DNA from: Meiothermus sp.
Lineage (GTDB): Bacteria; Deinococcota; Deinococci; Deinococcales; Thermaceae
Reading direction: 5' to 3'
Assembly: GCA_033762915.1 (NCBI GenBank)
Contig: JANRLD010000056.1
Coordinates: 1-49,096, forward strand
DNA: 49,096 bases
Each line of letters opens with the position of its first letter. The first letter of the stretch is position 1. A program made the translations under genes and the position numbers. A model generated the notes under the pieces. It made no database searches and was not told the origin of the DNA. It was given only the letters and a program-made list of their open reading frames with translations. Positions 1 through 10,312 of this stretch are shown one piece after another.

Positions 1-417
1 AAGTGGAACGCTGACACGGGCGCGGACGTGGTGGGCAACTGGTGGAGCGACGCGGCGCTGGTCAAGGCCTCGGGCAAGCCGAATGCGGGCCTAAGCTTCT
101 ACCAGGTTCACTACTATGAGTGGCAGAAGGCGGCCACCTACAACTTCAGCCCCTGGGACGGGCGCGGCCCGACCCACTACCTGAGCGACGGTAAGCCGGT
201 GCTAATCGGCGAGCTGCCCGCCAAGCCCCGGGACAAGTGGTACACCAACCAAGAGATGCTCGAGCAGTCCTACCGGCTGGGCTACGTCGGCCACATGCCA
301 TGGGGCTACTCGAGCAGCCGCGGCGACAAGGAAGGCAGCTGGGAGGACATCCGCGACCGGCTGAAGGCATTCCGCGACGCCCGCCCTGCTGAGGTCGACC
401 TTAACCTGAGCCGTTAG
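1..417 (+). CDS. Glycoside hydrolase family 5, C-terminal part (5'-truncated by window), endo-beta-1,4-mannanase-like (GH5_10-like)
   Basis: Frame open from base 1; motifs SFYQVHYY (strand 6) and KPVLIGE (nucleophile Glu), W-G-Y near the end. Confidence 0.7.
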   Translation, partial: KWNADTGADVVGNWWSDAALVKASGKPNAGLSFYQVHYYEWQKAATYNFSPWDGRGPTHYLSDGKPVLIGELPAKPRDKWYTNQEMLEQSYRLGYVGHMPWGYSSSRGDKEGSWEDIRDRLKAFRDARPAEVDLNLSR

Positions 418-488
418 TTTAACCATCCCTCATCGCTTTTCCCACCCTACTCCGCCCACGGTGCTGGGCTAAATCGGGCGCTAAATCA

Positions 489-615
489 GGCGCTAAAGCG
501 GAGTAGTGCACTCGGTACGGCGGTTTTTGCCGTACCGAGTGTTCGTGGCAACCGCTCTACCGCAAAAACCGCCCGCTTTAGCGCCGTAGGGAGTATGTGT
601 TGGAACCACTCTCAG
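489..615. repeat. Palindromic repeat family B, nested copy
   Basis: Inner stem cactcggtacggc (509-521)/gccgtaccgagtg (529-541) with ggttttt loop; outer inverted repeat ggcgctaaagcgg (489-501)/ccgctttagcgcc (573-585); similar units at 10138 and 45622. Confidence 0.75.
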
Positions 616-654
616 GCCGTTTCACCCGCGCCAACTGTTATGCTCTAGGAGACA

Positions 655-1329
655 ATGCTACGTCCGCACCAGCGCGCCCTCGGGGCGTTTTTCAAATCTA
701 ATTTTCTCCAGACCGTGAGGGGGGGCCTTCGGGGGGTGTGGGTTCGCGGCGAGCTGCCGCAGGGGGCATGTGTGCTGGCCGGCAATCACCACTCTTGGTG
801 GGACAGCTACCTGCTGCCGGTCCTGTACTGGCGGATGCCCCGCACCGTCGCCATCGTGGTGAGCGACCGGCGCATGGCGGAGTTTGGTTTCTTCCCGCTT
901 CTGGGCGCGGTGGCGGCAGGGAAGCCTCGAGAGGCCCTGACCGCCCTCCGGCGCGGCGAGCCCCTGATCATCTTCCCCGAGGGCGAGCTGCGTGCGCCGG
1001 GGAGCCTGGGCGAGCTGAACAAGGGCACGGTCTGGTTCGCGCAGAAGTCGGGCCACCCGCTGGTGGCGGTGGCCTCGAGGGTCGTCTGCCGGGGCCAGGA
1101 GTTTCCCGAGGCCTACCTCGAGTTCTCCCCGCCCCTTGCCCCCGATCTCGACGTGCTGCGCGCGACGCTAAACGGGATGCTCGAGCGCCTCGATGCCCAG
1201 ATCCGCTCCGAGCCCGCCGAGCAGCCCCTGAGCGGCTTTCGGCTGGAGGTTGCGGGCCGCCCATCCACCCACGAGCGCATGGCGCCCTGGACGGCGATGC
1301 TAAATCGCCTGACCGGGAGGAGAGGGTGA
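655..1329 (+). CDS. Lysophospholipid acyltransferase family, probable carotenoid glycoside acyltransferase (CruD-like)
   Basis: NHHSWWD (HX4D) and IFPEG motifs; SD aggag; carotenoid gene context. Confidence 0.8.
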   Translation: MLRPHQRALGAFFKSNFLQTVRGGLRGVWVRGELPQGACVLAGNHHSWWDSYLLPVLYWRMPRTVAIVVSDRRMAEFGFFPLLGAVAAGKPREALTALRRGEPLIIFPEGELRAPGSLGELNKGTVWFAQKSGHPLVAVASRVVCRGQEFPEAYLEFSPPLAPDLDVLRATLNGMLERLDAQIRSEPAEQPLSGFRLEVAGRPSTHERMAPWTAMLNRLTGRRG

Positions 1330-1486
1330 GCCGGCTAGCGGAACTTGAAGGGGAGTGGCCCAACACGACCCCTGTGATACGCAGGGAGTCGCGGAGCCGC
1401 ACGAATGCCCTGGTGGGTGCCGCGCTCGGCTCTTCGGATCCCGCTCTGGCTGTTATCCGATTGGCACGCCCCTGCCGAGGAGCGTT

Positions 1487-2563
1487 ATGACCTACCTTCT
1501 TTACGCCGTCTTGGCCTGGCTTGGCCTAAAGCTGATTAATCTGTTGATCAACTTCCTCCTTTTCCCGGTTCTCCGACCCGTCAAACTAAAAGGTCAGCGG
1601 CCCGTCGTCTCGTTGCTGGTGCCTGCCCGCAACGAGGCGCACAACTTGCGCGAGACGATACCGGGGATGCTCAAGCAGGGGCTGGCCGAGATTGTGATCC
1701 TCGACGACGGCTCGAGCGACGGCACCGCAACGGTTGCGCGGCGCTTCGCCGAGGGGGACGCTCGAGTGCGGCTGATCCAGGGCCTGCCTAAGCCAGAGGG
1801 GTGGCTGGGCAAAACCTGGGCCTGCCACCAGCTCTCGCAGGCGGCCAGGGGCGAGGTTTTGATCTTCACCGACGCCGACGTGCGCTGGAACAAGCACGGG
1901 GTGCGGGCCATACTGGCCCAGATGGAGGCCGAGCGGGTTGCCTTTGTGTCGGTCTACCCGCGTCAGATCACCCCGTCTGTGCCCGAGCGGGTGCTGCTGC
2001 CCCTGATTGATGATGCCCTGCTGACCTACCTGGCGTACCCGATGCTGGCCACTCCCTTCCCCTCGGCCGCCGCCGCCAACGGGCAGGTGATGGCCTTCTC
2101 CCGCGACGCCTACGTGGCTTGCGGGGGGCACACTGCGGTGAAAGGGGAGGTCCTCGAGGACGTGCGGCTAGCCCAAAAGGTCAAGAAGGCCGGTCAGCGG
2201 ATGGGCCTCGCGCTCGGCGGGGACCTGATCGGCGTGAGGATGTACCGCGCCTTCCCCGAGATCGTGGAGGGTCTGGGCAAGAACCTGATCGAGTTCCACG
2301 GGCGCAACCGGCTGTTGCTGGGTCTGTCGTGGCTGGCCCATCTGACCGCCTATACCCTGTGCTGGCCGCTCGCGCTGCTTAACCCGTGGTGGCTGCTGGT
2401 GGGCGGGCTGGGGCTGGTTGAGCGCCTGCTGCTCAACCTCAAGACCGGTCGGGAGTGGTGGGAGTTGGTGTTGGTGCCGTTGGCCCCGCTGTATGCCATG
2501 CCCGTCTACCTGCGCTCGGCGGCGCGAAAATACACCTGGAAGGGGCGGGTGTACTCGCGATGA
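1487..2563 (+). CDS. GT2 glycosyltransferase, probable carotenoid glucosyltransferase (CruC-like)
   Basis: VPARNE, DDGSSD, GWLGK, FTDADV, LED motifs; ATG at 1487 with gaggag SD; ATGA overlap with next gene. Confidence 0.85.
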   Translation: MTYLLYAVLAWLGLKLINLLINFLLFPVLRPVKLKGQRPVVSLLVPARNEAHNLRETIPGMLKQGLAEIVILDDGSSDGTATVARRFAEGDARVRLIQGLPKPEGWLGKTWACHQLSQAARGEVLIFTDADVRWNKHGVRAILAQMEAERVAFVSVYPRQITPSVPERVLLPLIDDALLTYLAYPMLATPFPSAAAANGQVMAFSRDAYVACGGHTAVKGEVLEDVRLAQKVKKAGQRMGLALGGDLIGVRMYRAFPEIVEGLGKNLIEFHGRNRLLLGLSWLAHLTAYTLCWPLALLNPWWLLVGGLGLVERLLLNLKTGREWWELVLVPLAPLYAMPVYLRSAARKYTWKGRVYSR

Positions 2564-3921
2564 AGGCCATCGTGGTGGGGGCAGGCTTCGCAGGATTGGC
2601 GGCGGCGCTGCGGCTGCGGAAGGCTGGGCTCGAGGTCACGGTGCTCGAGCAGTTCGCCGAGCCGGGCGGCAAGGCGGTGGGCTGGGCGGGCGTGCCCACC
2701 GGCCCCACGGTTTTGACCATGCCCGAGATCCCGCAGCGGATTTTCGCCGCCTTCGGCCAAAATCTGCCTACTCTTGAGCCGGTCTCGCCGCTGACGCGCT
2801 ACGTCTATCCCGACGGGCGCGAGTTCGCCCCCGAGTTGGACGTGGAGCGCACCGTCGCCCAGCTCACCTCCGAGGAGGGCCGTGACTATCGGCGGCTGCT
2901 GGAGGTGGCGCGGACCATGTACCAGGGCGCTCGAGACACCTTCATCTTCGGCCCTCCGCCGGGACTGTACAAGCTGGGCAAGTACGGGTTGGGCGAAGGG
3001 CTCAAGGCCCAGCCCCTGAAGACGCTGGAGCGGCTGGTGGAGTCTGGCCCGTACCTGACCCCCTTCTTCCTGCGCTTTGCCACCTATCTGGGCGCAAACC
3101 CCTACCGGGCGCCGGCGGTTCTGCACAACATCGCCTGGGTCGAGCTGGGGCTGGGCGTCTACCACCTCGAGGGCGGCATGAAGGCCCTAGCAAACGCCCT
3201 GTTCGAGCTGGCCAGGCAACAGGGGGTCAAGTTCGTGTTTGGCCAGAAGGTGCTCAAGATGCAGCTCGAGCCCCAAGGCGTACGGGCGGTGCAGACCGAT
3301 GGGGGCTGGCACGCCGCCGACTTTTACATCTCCGCTGCTGACCGCCATTTCACGCATGGGTGGCTCGGCCTTCCGGTGCCCAAGGAGACGCTGGGGGTGG
3401 CGGGCTTCGCGGTGCTGATGAAGCTGCGCCATAAGGCGGGGCTGGGTCACCACATCTTCTTCCCCAGCGACTACCGCAAGGAGTGGCGGGAGATCGAGGC
3501 GGGCAGCCTACCGACCGAGCCGACGCTCTATGTGCACACCGACGCCGACAAGGTTTTTCTGCTGGTGAATGCGCCGAGCGGCTTGGGGCCTGGGGGTCGG
3601 GGCTGGAGCGCCGAAGACTACGCGGCGGCCCTCCTCAACCGTCTGCACCGCTCGATGCCCCTGGACGTGGCTGAGTTCAAAGTCATGACCCCGCAGGACT
3701 ACTCGAGCACCGCCTATCAGGGAGCCCTCTACGGGCGTGCGCCGCACGGCTTGCTGGGGGCCTTGCGGCCCGGCTGGCAGGTTCGGGGCATCGCCAACCT
3801 GGTCCAGGTGGGGGGTACCGTGCATCCGGGGGGCGGGGTGCCGCTCTCGATGCTCTCGGGGTGGAACGGGGCGCAGTGGGGGTTGAGAAGGTACGGCATT
3901 CCCGACCGGGAGGAAGGCTAG
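2560..3921 (+). CDS. crtD: Phytoene desaturase family, probable carotenoid 3,4-desaturase
   Basis: GAGFAG Rossmann motif, GPTVLTMP, VGGTVHPGGGVP C-terminal signature. Confidence 0.7.
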   Translation: MKAIVVGAGFAGLAAALRLRKAGLEVTVLEQFAEPGGKAVGWAGVPTGPTVLTMPEIPQRIFAAFGQNLPTLEPVSPLTRYVYPDGREFAPELDVERTVAQLTSEEGRDYRRLLEVARTMYQGARDTFIFGPPPGLYKLGKYGLGEGLKAQPLKTLERLVESGPYLTPFFLRFATYLGANPYRAPAVLHNIAWVELGLGVYHLEGGMKALANALFELARQQGVKFVFGQKVLKMQLEPQGVRAVQTDGGWHAADFYISAADRHFTHGWLGLPVPKETLGVAGFAVLMKLRHKAGLGHHIFFPSDYRKEWREIEAGSLPTEPTLYVHTDADKVFLLVNAPSGLGPGGRGWSAEDYAAALLNRLHRSMPLDVAEFKVMTPQDYSSTAYQGALYGRAPHGLLGALRPGWQVRGIANLVQVGGTVHPGGGVPLSMLSGWNGAQWGLRRYGIPDREEG

Positions 3922-5030
3922 TGGGGGAGAGCCTGCCCGAGCCCAAGGGCTATCCCTGGGGCAATTTCGGTCACCTGCCCTACTGGGGTGGGCGGCCCCT
4001 CGAGCTGCTGGAAGAGGGTGCGCGGCTGGGGCCGGTGTTCGGGCTGCGGCTGGGCTCGAGGGCGGTGGTGGGGCACAGCCCGCAGTGGAACAAAATGCTG
4101 CTCACCGACCTGCCCCGCTTCCGCTCCAAGGGCAGTTTTTCCGCCATCACGCCATACCTGAACGGCGGCATCATCACCACCGACGCCCCCGATCACAAGC
4201 CACAGAAGGCCGAGTTGAACAGGTCGTTTCACGCCGGGGCCGTGAAGGGGCTGCGCGAGCGGATCGCTACGGCGCTCGAGGCCGTCCGCCCTTCAGGTGA
4301 GTTCGAGGCCAACCTTTGGGCCTCTGAGGTGGCCCAGGTCAGCCTGAACGCGGCCTATTTCGGCGGTCTGTTTCCCCGGAGGAAACTGGCGGAGTTCCTG
4401 GCCCCGCTCAAGAAGTCCTTCCCGGCCCCGATTCTGCCGCGCCCCTTTCTGTTCAGGCGGACCCGAGCCCTGATCGAGCAGATCAAGCCTCAGACCAGCG
4501 GCCTGAGCGGACACCTCGAGACCGGCGAGACCATGATCGGCCTGGCGGCGGGCTACGACACCACCGCCCATACCCTGGCCTGGGCGCTCTGGCACGCGGC
4601 GAACCACCCCCAGTGGCACAACCCCGAGGGCAGCCCGCTTTTGGTCAAAGAGACCCTGCGCCTGTACCCTCCCGGATTCATGGGCAGCCGCCGAGCCGCC
4701 GAGCCCTTCTCCTTCGGGGGCCTCGAGTTCCCCAAGAACAGCCTGGTGCTCTACTCGCCCTACCTCACGCACCGCAACCCCGAGATCTGGGCGAGGCCGC
4801 TCGAGTTCGACCCTGCCCGTTTCACCTCGCGCCTGCCCGCATGGGGCTACCTGCCCTTCGGCGGCGGCGAGCGCATCTGCCTTGGCATGCATTTCGCCAA
4901 CATGGTGCTCGAGATTGCCCTCGGCCTATTCGAGCGCCTGACCCCGCTGCGCGGCGACCCATCTCCCCGACCCGGTCTGACCCTGGCCCCGAGGGGCGAG
5001 CTGTGGCTCAGGGTAGGGGGCGGGCGCTGA
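3921..5030 (+). CDS. Cytochrome P450, CYP287-like carotenoid 2-hydroxylase
   Basis: AGYDTT I-helix, ETLR, FGGGERICLG heme motif; GTG start overlaps upstream TAG; N-terminus recalls Deinococcus CYP287A1. Confidence 0.75.
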   Translation: MGESLPEPKGYPWGNFGHLPYWGGRPLELLEEGARLGPVFGLRLGSRAVVGHSPQWNKMLLTDLPRFRSKGSFSAITPYLNGGIITTDAPDHKPQKAELNRSFHAGAVKGLRERIATALEAVRPSGEFEANLWASEVAQVSLNAAYFGGLFPRRKLAEFLAPLKKSFPAPILPRPFLFRRTRALIEQIKPQTSGLSGHLETGETMIGLAAGYDTTAHTLAWALWHAANHPQWHNPEGSPLLVKETLRLYPPGFMGSRRAAEPFSFGGLEFPKNSLVLYSPYLTHRNPEIWARPLEFDPARFTSRLPAWGYLPFGGGERICLGMHFANMVLEIALGLFERLTPLRGDPSPRPGLTLAPRGELWLRVGGGR

Positions 5031-5128
5031 ACGGCACTGCCCCGTGTGCAACGGGGGGTTTTCAAAGGGCCCAAGATTCATTTGTACCAGAGTGAATCTT
5101 CGCAATCAGAGGGGACAACGGCGGCTAC

Positions 5129-5210
5129 CCAGGGTGGAGTGGCTTGCGCCATAGCCGCACGGCAGCTACCTGTGGCGCAATTCCTACGGGCGTTTTGGGG
5201 CGGCATCTCG
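5129..5210 (+). repeat. Dispersed repeat family A copy
   Basis: ccagggtggagtggcttgcgccatagccg...gcgcaattcc matches the copies at 19483 and 20156. Confidence 0.75.
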
Positions 5211-5437
5211 AAATTCCACCCAGACCCATAGGCCCCCGATTCGACCTGCGGCGCTACACTTGCCTCTTTTGGGGGTGCGAAAGGCGGTTTCGGCAAACAG
5301 TCGGGGGTCGGCCGACCGAGACGCGCACTTACGAACAACGTCCGGAATGCCGGCGGCTTGACGGCAGGAGGTTCGGCTGAACTTGACCGGCCAACTTTGC
5401 ACACTTCCTAGCGCTGCGCCCTTTGCCTGCGCCTCGC

Positions 5438-6088
5438 TCACTTCACCAACAGCCCCTCCACCTCTTCTTCCATGTTGGCCCTGGCCCTGCCCTCGAGCCC
5501 TCGGAACGGCTCGGTCTGGAAGATCACTTCTCGAGCCAGGAATGAGCGCAGAATCCGGGCGCGGTTGGCGGTAAAGACCTCGGCGGGCACCCAGGCGTAC
5601 TCCTTGCGGATGGCCTTGCTGTAGGCGCGGTAGGTCTTGGGGGGTGCGCCCAGGATGGAGAGGTCGGCCTCGATGAACAGCCGCATCCGAGGGTCGGTGG
5701 CCTGGTGGGTTTTGGTGGCAAGGATGAGCTGGGAGACTCGGGCCCTCAGCGCGGGGTCAATTCCCAGAGCCGCCAGCCTCTGCTCAGCCAGGAGGGCGCT
5801 CTCTTCCTCGTTGCGGCCCTGGGTGGTGTCGTAGATGGCGTCGTGGAACCAGGCTGCGAGCTCGAGGTCGGATACCGGCGTTTTGGGGTCGGGGGAGATC
5901 AGTTCGAGGAGGGTGTTGACGTGGGCCAGGTTGTGGTACTCGCGGTGCGGCTCGGTGTAGCGGGTCAGCAGGTCGTCGAGGGTCTGGAAGTGGGCGTCTG
6001 GGCCGATACCCAGCCCCTCCATCAGGGTGTTCCAGCGGTTGATCAGGTGTTTTCGCCCGCCGTGGGGCAGCTTGAAGAAGTCCCGCAC
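5438..6088 (-). CDS. HD-superfamily metal-dependent phosphohydrolase (COG4339-like)
   Basis: RYTEPHREYHNLAH, AWFHDAIYD, NEEESA, ADLSILG, IRKEY motifs. Confidence 0.85.
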   Translation of the reverse strand: MRDFFKLPHGGRKHLINRWNTLMEGLGIGPDAHFQTLDDLLTRYTEPHREYHNLAHVNTLLELISPDPKTPVSDLELAAWFHDAIYDTTQGRNEEESALLAEQRLAALGIDPALRARVSQLILATKTHQATDPRMRLFIEADLSILGAPPKTYRAYSKAIRKEYAWVPAEVFTANRARILRSFLAREVIFQTEPFRGLEGRARANMEEEVEGLLVK

Positions 6089-6166
6089 AGCCTCACTATA
6101 ACCGCTGGGCTCGAGGTGTCGCTGGTCCGGTGCGGGCGTTATGATTGGGCGGCAAGAGGTGAACCT

Positions 6167-6940
<774 letters not shown>

Positions 6941-7091
6941 GGGCAGCGCCTCAGAGCCAACCCCTCCAGGCCGACACCGCTTCGGAGTTGAGGGGCAGGC
7001 CTGCCGCACTGTGTGCTGATGGACGCGCGGGCGCTGGGGCCAACCGCGAACGCAAAAAACCTGGGATACCGACATAGAGGCCAAAAAGCTT

Positions 7092-8486
7092 ATGCCAGAC
7101 CTCCAACGCACCATCTCGCCGGTGGATGGCTCGATCTACCTCGAGCGCCCCACCGCCACCCCAGACCAGATCGAGGCCGCCCTCGAGGGGGCTGCCAGGG
7201 CTTTCGGGCTGTGGAAAGACGTCCCGATAGCCGAACGTGCGCGGCTCTGCCTCAAGGCAGTGGACTACTTCGTGGCCCACGCCGAGGAGATGGGCACCCA
7301 GCTCTCCTGGCAGATGGGCCGACCGATCCGCTACAGCCCCAAGGAGGTCTCGGGCGGCTTCGCCACCCGGGCCCGCTACATGATCGGGGTTGCGGAGAAG
7401 GCCCTGGCCGACGTTCAGGTCGAGCCGCAGGAGGGTTTCACCCGCTTTATCCGTCGCGAGCCGCTGGGGACCGTGCTGGTGCTCTCGCCCTGGAACTACC
7501 CCTACCTGACCTCGGTTAACGCCATCATCCCGGCCCTGATGGCGGGCAACACGGTGGTGCTCAAGCACTCTGACCAGACCCCGCTAGTGGCCGAGCACTA
7601 CGCGGCAGCCTTCCGGGCTGCGGGCTTCCCCGAGGGCGTATTTCAGTTCCTGCACATCGACCACGACCAGGTGGCCCGGACCATCGCCGACGACCGGGTC
7701 AACTACGTGGCCTTTACCGGCTCGGTGGCAGGTGGGCACGCGGTACAGCGAGCCGCGGCGGGGCGCTTTATCGGGGTTGGCCTCGAGCTCGGCGGCAAGG
7801 ACCCCGCCTACGTCCGGGCCGACGCCGACTTGGCCTATGCGGTCGAGAACCTGGTGGACGGGGCCATGTTCAACTCCGGCCAGAGCTGTTGTGCCATCGA
7901 GCGGATCTACGTCCACCGCGACCTCTACGATGCGTTTGTGGAGGGCGCTGTCGCGCTGACCCGCCAGTACAAGCTGGGCAATCCCCTCGATCCACAGACC
8001 ACCCTTGGACCGCTGGTCCGCGCCCGCGCGGCCGATTTCGTCCGTGCCCAAGTTGCCGAGGCCGTCGCGCAGGGGGCCAGGACCCACATCGACCCCACCG
8101 AGTTTCCGCTGGACCAACCCGGCTCCCCCTACCTGGCCCCCCAGATCCTGACCAACGTCAACCACGCCATGCGCCTGATGACCGAGGAGACCTTCGGCCC
8201 GGTGGTGGGCATCATGCCGGTGGACTCCGACGAGGAGGCCGTGCGGCTGATGAACGACTCGAGCTACGGCCTCACCGCCTCGGTCTGGACGGCCGATGCG
8301 GACGCGGCCCTCGAGATCGGCAGCCGGGTCAACACTGGCACCTGGTTCATGAACCGCTGCGACTACCTCGACCCCATGCTGGCCTGGACCGGCGTGAAGG
8401 ACTCGGGCCGCGGGGCCACGCTCTCGGTGGTGGGCTACGAGTACCTGACCCGCCCGAAGTCGTTCCATCTGAGGCGGCAACTGTAG
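7092..8486 (+). CDS. Aldehyde dehydrogenase
   Basis: PWNYP, FTGS, LELGGK, SGQSCC, EETFGP. Confidence 0.92.
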   Translation: MPDLQRTISPVDGSIYLERPTATPDQIEAALEGAARAFGLWKDVPIAERARLCLKAVDYFVAHAEEMGTQLSWQMGRPIRYSPKEVSGGFATRARYMIGVAEKALADVQVEPQEGFTRFIRREPLGTVLVLSPWNYPYLTSVNAIIPALMAGNTVVLKHSDQTPLVAEHYAAAFRAAGFPEGVFQFLHIDHDQVARTIADDRVNYVAFTGSVAGGHAVQRAAAGRFIGVGLELGGKDPAYVRADADLAYAVENLVDGAMFNSGQSCCAIERIYVHRDLYDAFVEGAVALTRQYKLGNPLDPQTTLGPLVRARAADFVRAQVAEAVAQGARTHIDPTEFPLDQPGSPYLAPQILTNVNHAMRLMTEETFGPVVGIMPVDSDEEAVRLMNDSSYGLTASVWTADADAALEIGSRVNTGTWFMNRCDYLDPMLAWTGVKDSGRGATLSVVGYEYLTRPKSFHLRRQL

Positions 8487-8632
8487 CCCACACTGGGGAA
8501 CGGCAAGAGGCGGCCAAGTGACCACGGTCTGATGCCGGCCCCGTCTGGCGTTCCTTTCCCAGCCTTGTGCCCTGAAAATGCCGTGATGGGGCGGCCGGAG
8601 AGGTTCCTTAGCCCGCCCCCCGAGGAAACACC

Positions 8633-9253
8633 ATGACCATCGTCCAGCCCGTCACCCTGGAAGGCTCGCAAGTCCGCCTCGAGCCCCTATCCGTGGATCA
8701 CCTGCCGGCCTTGTTGGAACTGGCCCAGCTCGAGCCCTACCCCCTAACTTCTGTCCCCAGCACCGAGGCGGGAATGCGGAGGTACATCGAGGCGGCACTC
8801 GAGGCCCAAACCAGCGGCAGCGCGGTTCCGTTCGCTACCGTGGATCGGTCGGCGGACAGGCCAGTGGGCAGCACCCGCTTCGGCAACATCGAGTACTGGC
8901 CTTGGCCCGAAGGCGCTACAGCGATGCGGCCCGGACTCCCGGACGCCGCCGAGATCGGCTGGACCTGGCTGGCCCCGCAAGCCCAGCGCAGTGGAGTCAA
9001 CACCGAGGCCAAGCTGCTGATGCTGACCCATGCCTTTGAGGTCTGGCAGGTGCGCCGGGTGACCCTCAAGACCGACGAGCGCAACCTGCGCTCGCGCAAC
9101 GCCATCGAGCGACTGGGCGCCCGCCTGGACGGCATTCTGCGGGCCCACCTGCCAGCCTCCGACGGCGGCGTACGCAACAGCGCCATCTACAGCATCCTGG
9201 CCGAGGAATGGCCCCAGATCAAAGCGCGGCTGACCGGTTTCCTGAACCGTTAA
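8633..9253 (+). CDS. GNAT N-acetyltransferase (RimJ/RimL type)
   Basis: EIGWTWL...AQRSGVNTEAKLLML, NLRSRNAIERLGA. Confidence 0.9.
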   Translation: MTIVQPVTLEGSQVRLEPLSVDHLPALLELAQLEPYPLTSVPSTEAGMRRYIEAALEAQTSGSAVPFATVDRSADRPVGSTRFGNIEYWPWPEGATAMRPGLPDAAEIGWTWLAPQAQRSGVNTEAKLLMLTHAFEVWQVRRVTLKTDERNLRSRNAIERLGARLDGILRAHLPASDGGVRNSAIYSILAEEWPQIKARLTGFLNR

Positions 9254-9425
9254 GGGCCTACAGCGGAGGTGCGAGACACTGCGTTGCCCGCAAGTCCACT
9301 GGCCCTGCCTGGTGGGCGTCAGCAGGTCATGTACGGCCGACCGGTGACGTGTCGGGCGAGCTGCATCCCAGCCATTTGGTGCGCCCAGGTAGCGTCGGAT
9401 TCCACTCCGGCCCCCACCTGACGTA

Positions 9426-9926
9426 TTAGCCGGCTTCCACGTAGGCGGCGATGTACTCGAGTTCGCGGAGGTGCCTCAGGTCGTGACCCGCCAGCATCTG
9501 CACGATGAACGAGAGGGTCTCGGGGCCGCGCTGTGGGTGGTAGGCCACCTTAAGCCAGTCGGCGGGCTCGAGGGTTTCCAGCAAGGCCAGGTTCCAGAGG
9601 CGCAGCGCGCAGAAGGACTCCAGGGCCAGCTTGGGGGAGAAGCTGTCGTAGCGGCGGTAGCGGATGCCCCAGCGGTCGTGGTCGAAAGCCTGGGCCTGGT
9701 CGGCGCCCGCGATGGCCTGACGTAGGCGGAAGCCGTAGCCCACCTCGAGGTCGGCCAGGTGGCAGTAGATTTCCTGGGCCGTCCAGTGGGTCAGCTCGCA
9801 GCCCCGGCGCATGTCCACCTGTCCGAACAGCTCGCGCAGGGTCTCGGGGGTCTGGCGTAAAACCGTCAGCGCATCGCGCTCGCCCAACGCCGCCAGGTTC
9901 TTGGAGACGTAGTCTAGGTTTTCCAT
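9426..9926 (-). CDS. DinB family protein
   Basis: WTAQEIYCHLAD and GHDLRH metal-binding histidines. Confidence 0.85.
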   Translation of the reverse strand: MENLDYVSKNLAALGERDALTVLRQTPETLRELFGQVDMRRGCELTHWTAQEIYCHLADLEVGYGFRLRQAIAGADQAQAFDHDRWGIRYRRYDSFSPKLALESFCALRLWNLALLETLEPADWLKVAYHPQRGPETLSFIVQMLAGHDLRHLRELEYIAAYVEAG

Positions 9927-10137
9927 CTTCCTATGCTAGGCCTAGTAGGCAAGTACAGATTTCCCTACCGGGTAGGGGTCGGGAGGCGGGGAGATGAGTG
10001 GCGCAATAGTCAAACTTCAAATTGCCGCCCCAAAAAGGCCGTAGGGACTTTGACCAGGAGCGCAAGGGTTGACTCTTCCGTTCTGGCAGAGTCACCCTTT
10101 CGCGTTTCCCAACCTTACCTTCCTCGCGGCGGAAATG

Positions 10138-10187
10138 TACTCCCTACAGCGGTTTTTGCTGTAGAGAGTATGCGTGGGAACCGCTCT
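10138..10187. repeat. Palindromic repeat family B copy
   Basis: tactccctacagc-ggttttt-gctgtagagagta followed by tgcgtgggaaccgctct. Confidence 0.75.
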
Positions 10188-10312
10188 GGGGCAGCAAAAA
10201 GCCAAAGGCGGTCTCCGTGAATCGTGAGGTCGCTTACTGCACCCCGCGCAATGACAAACCCCCCAACTCGGGGGGGTGATTTCTGGCCTGGTTCCTTGTT
10301 GGCCGTCACCTG

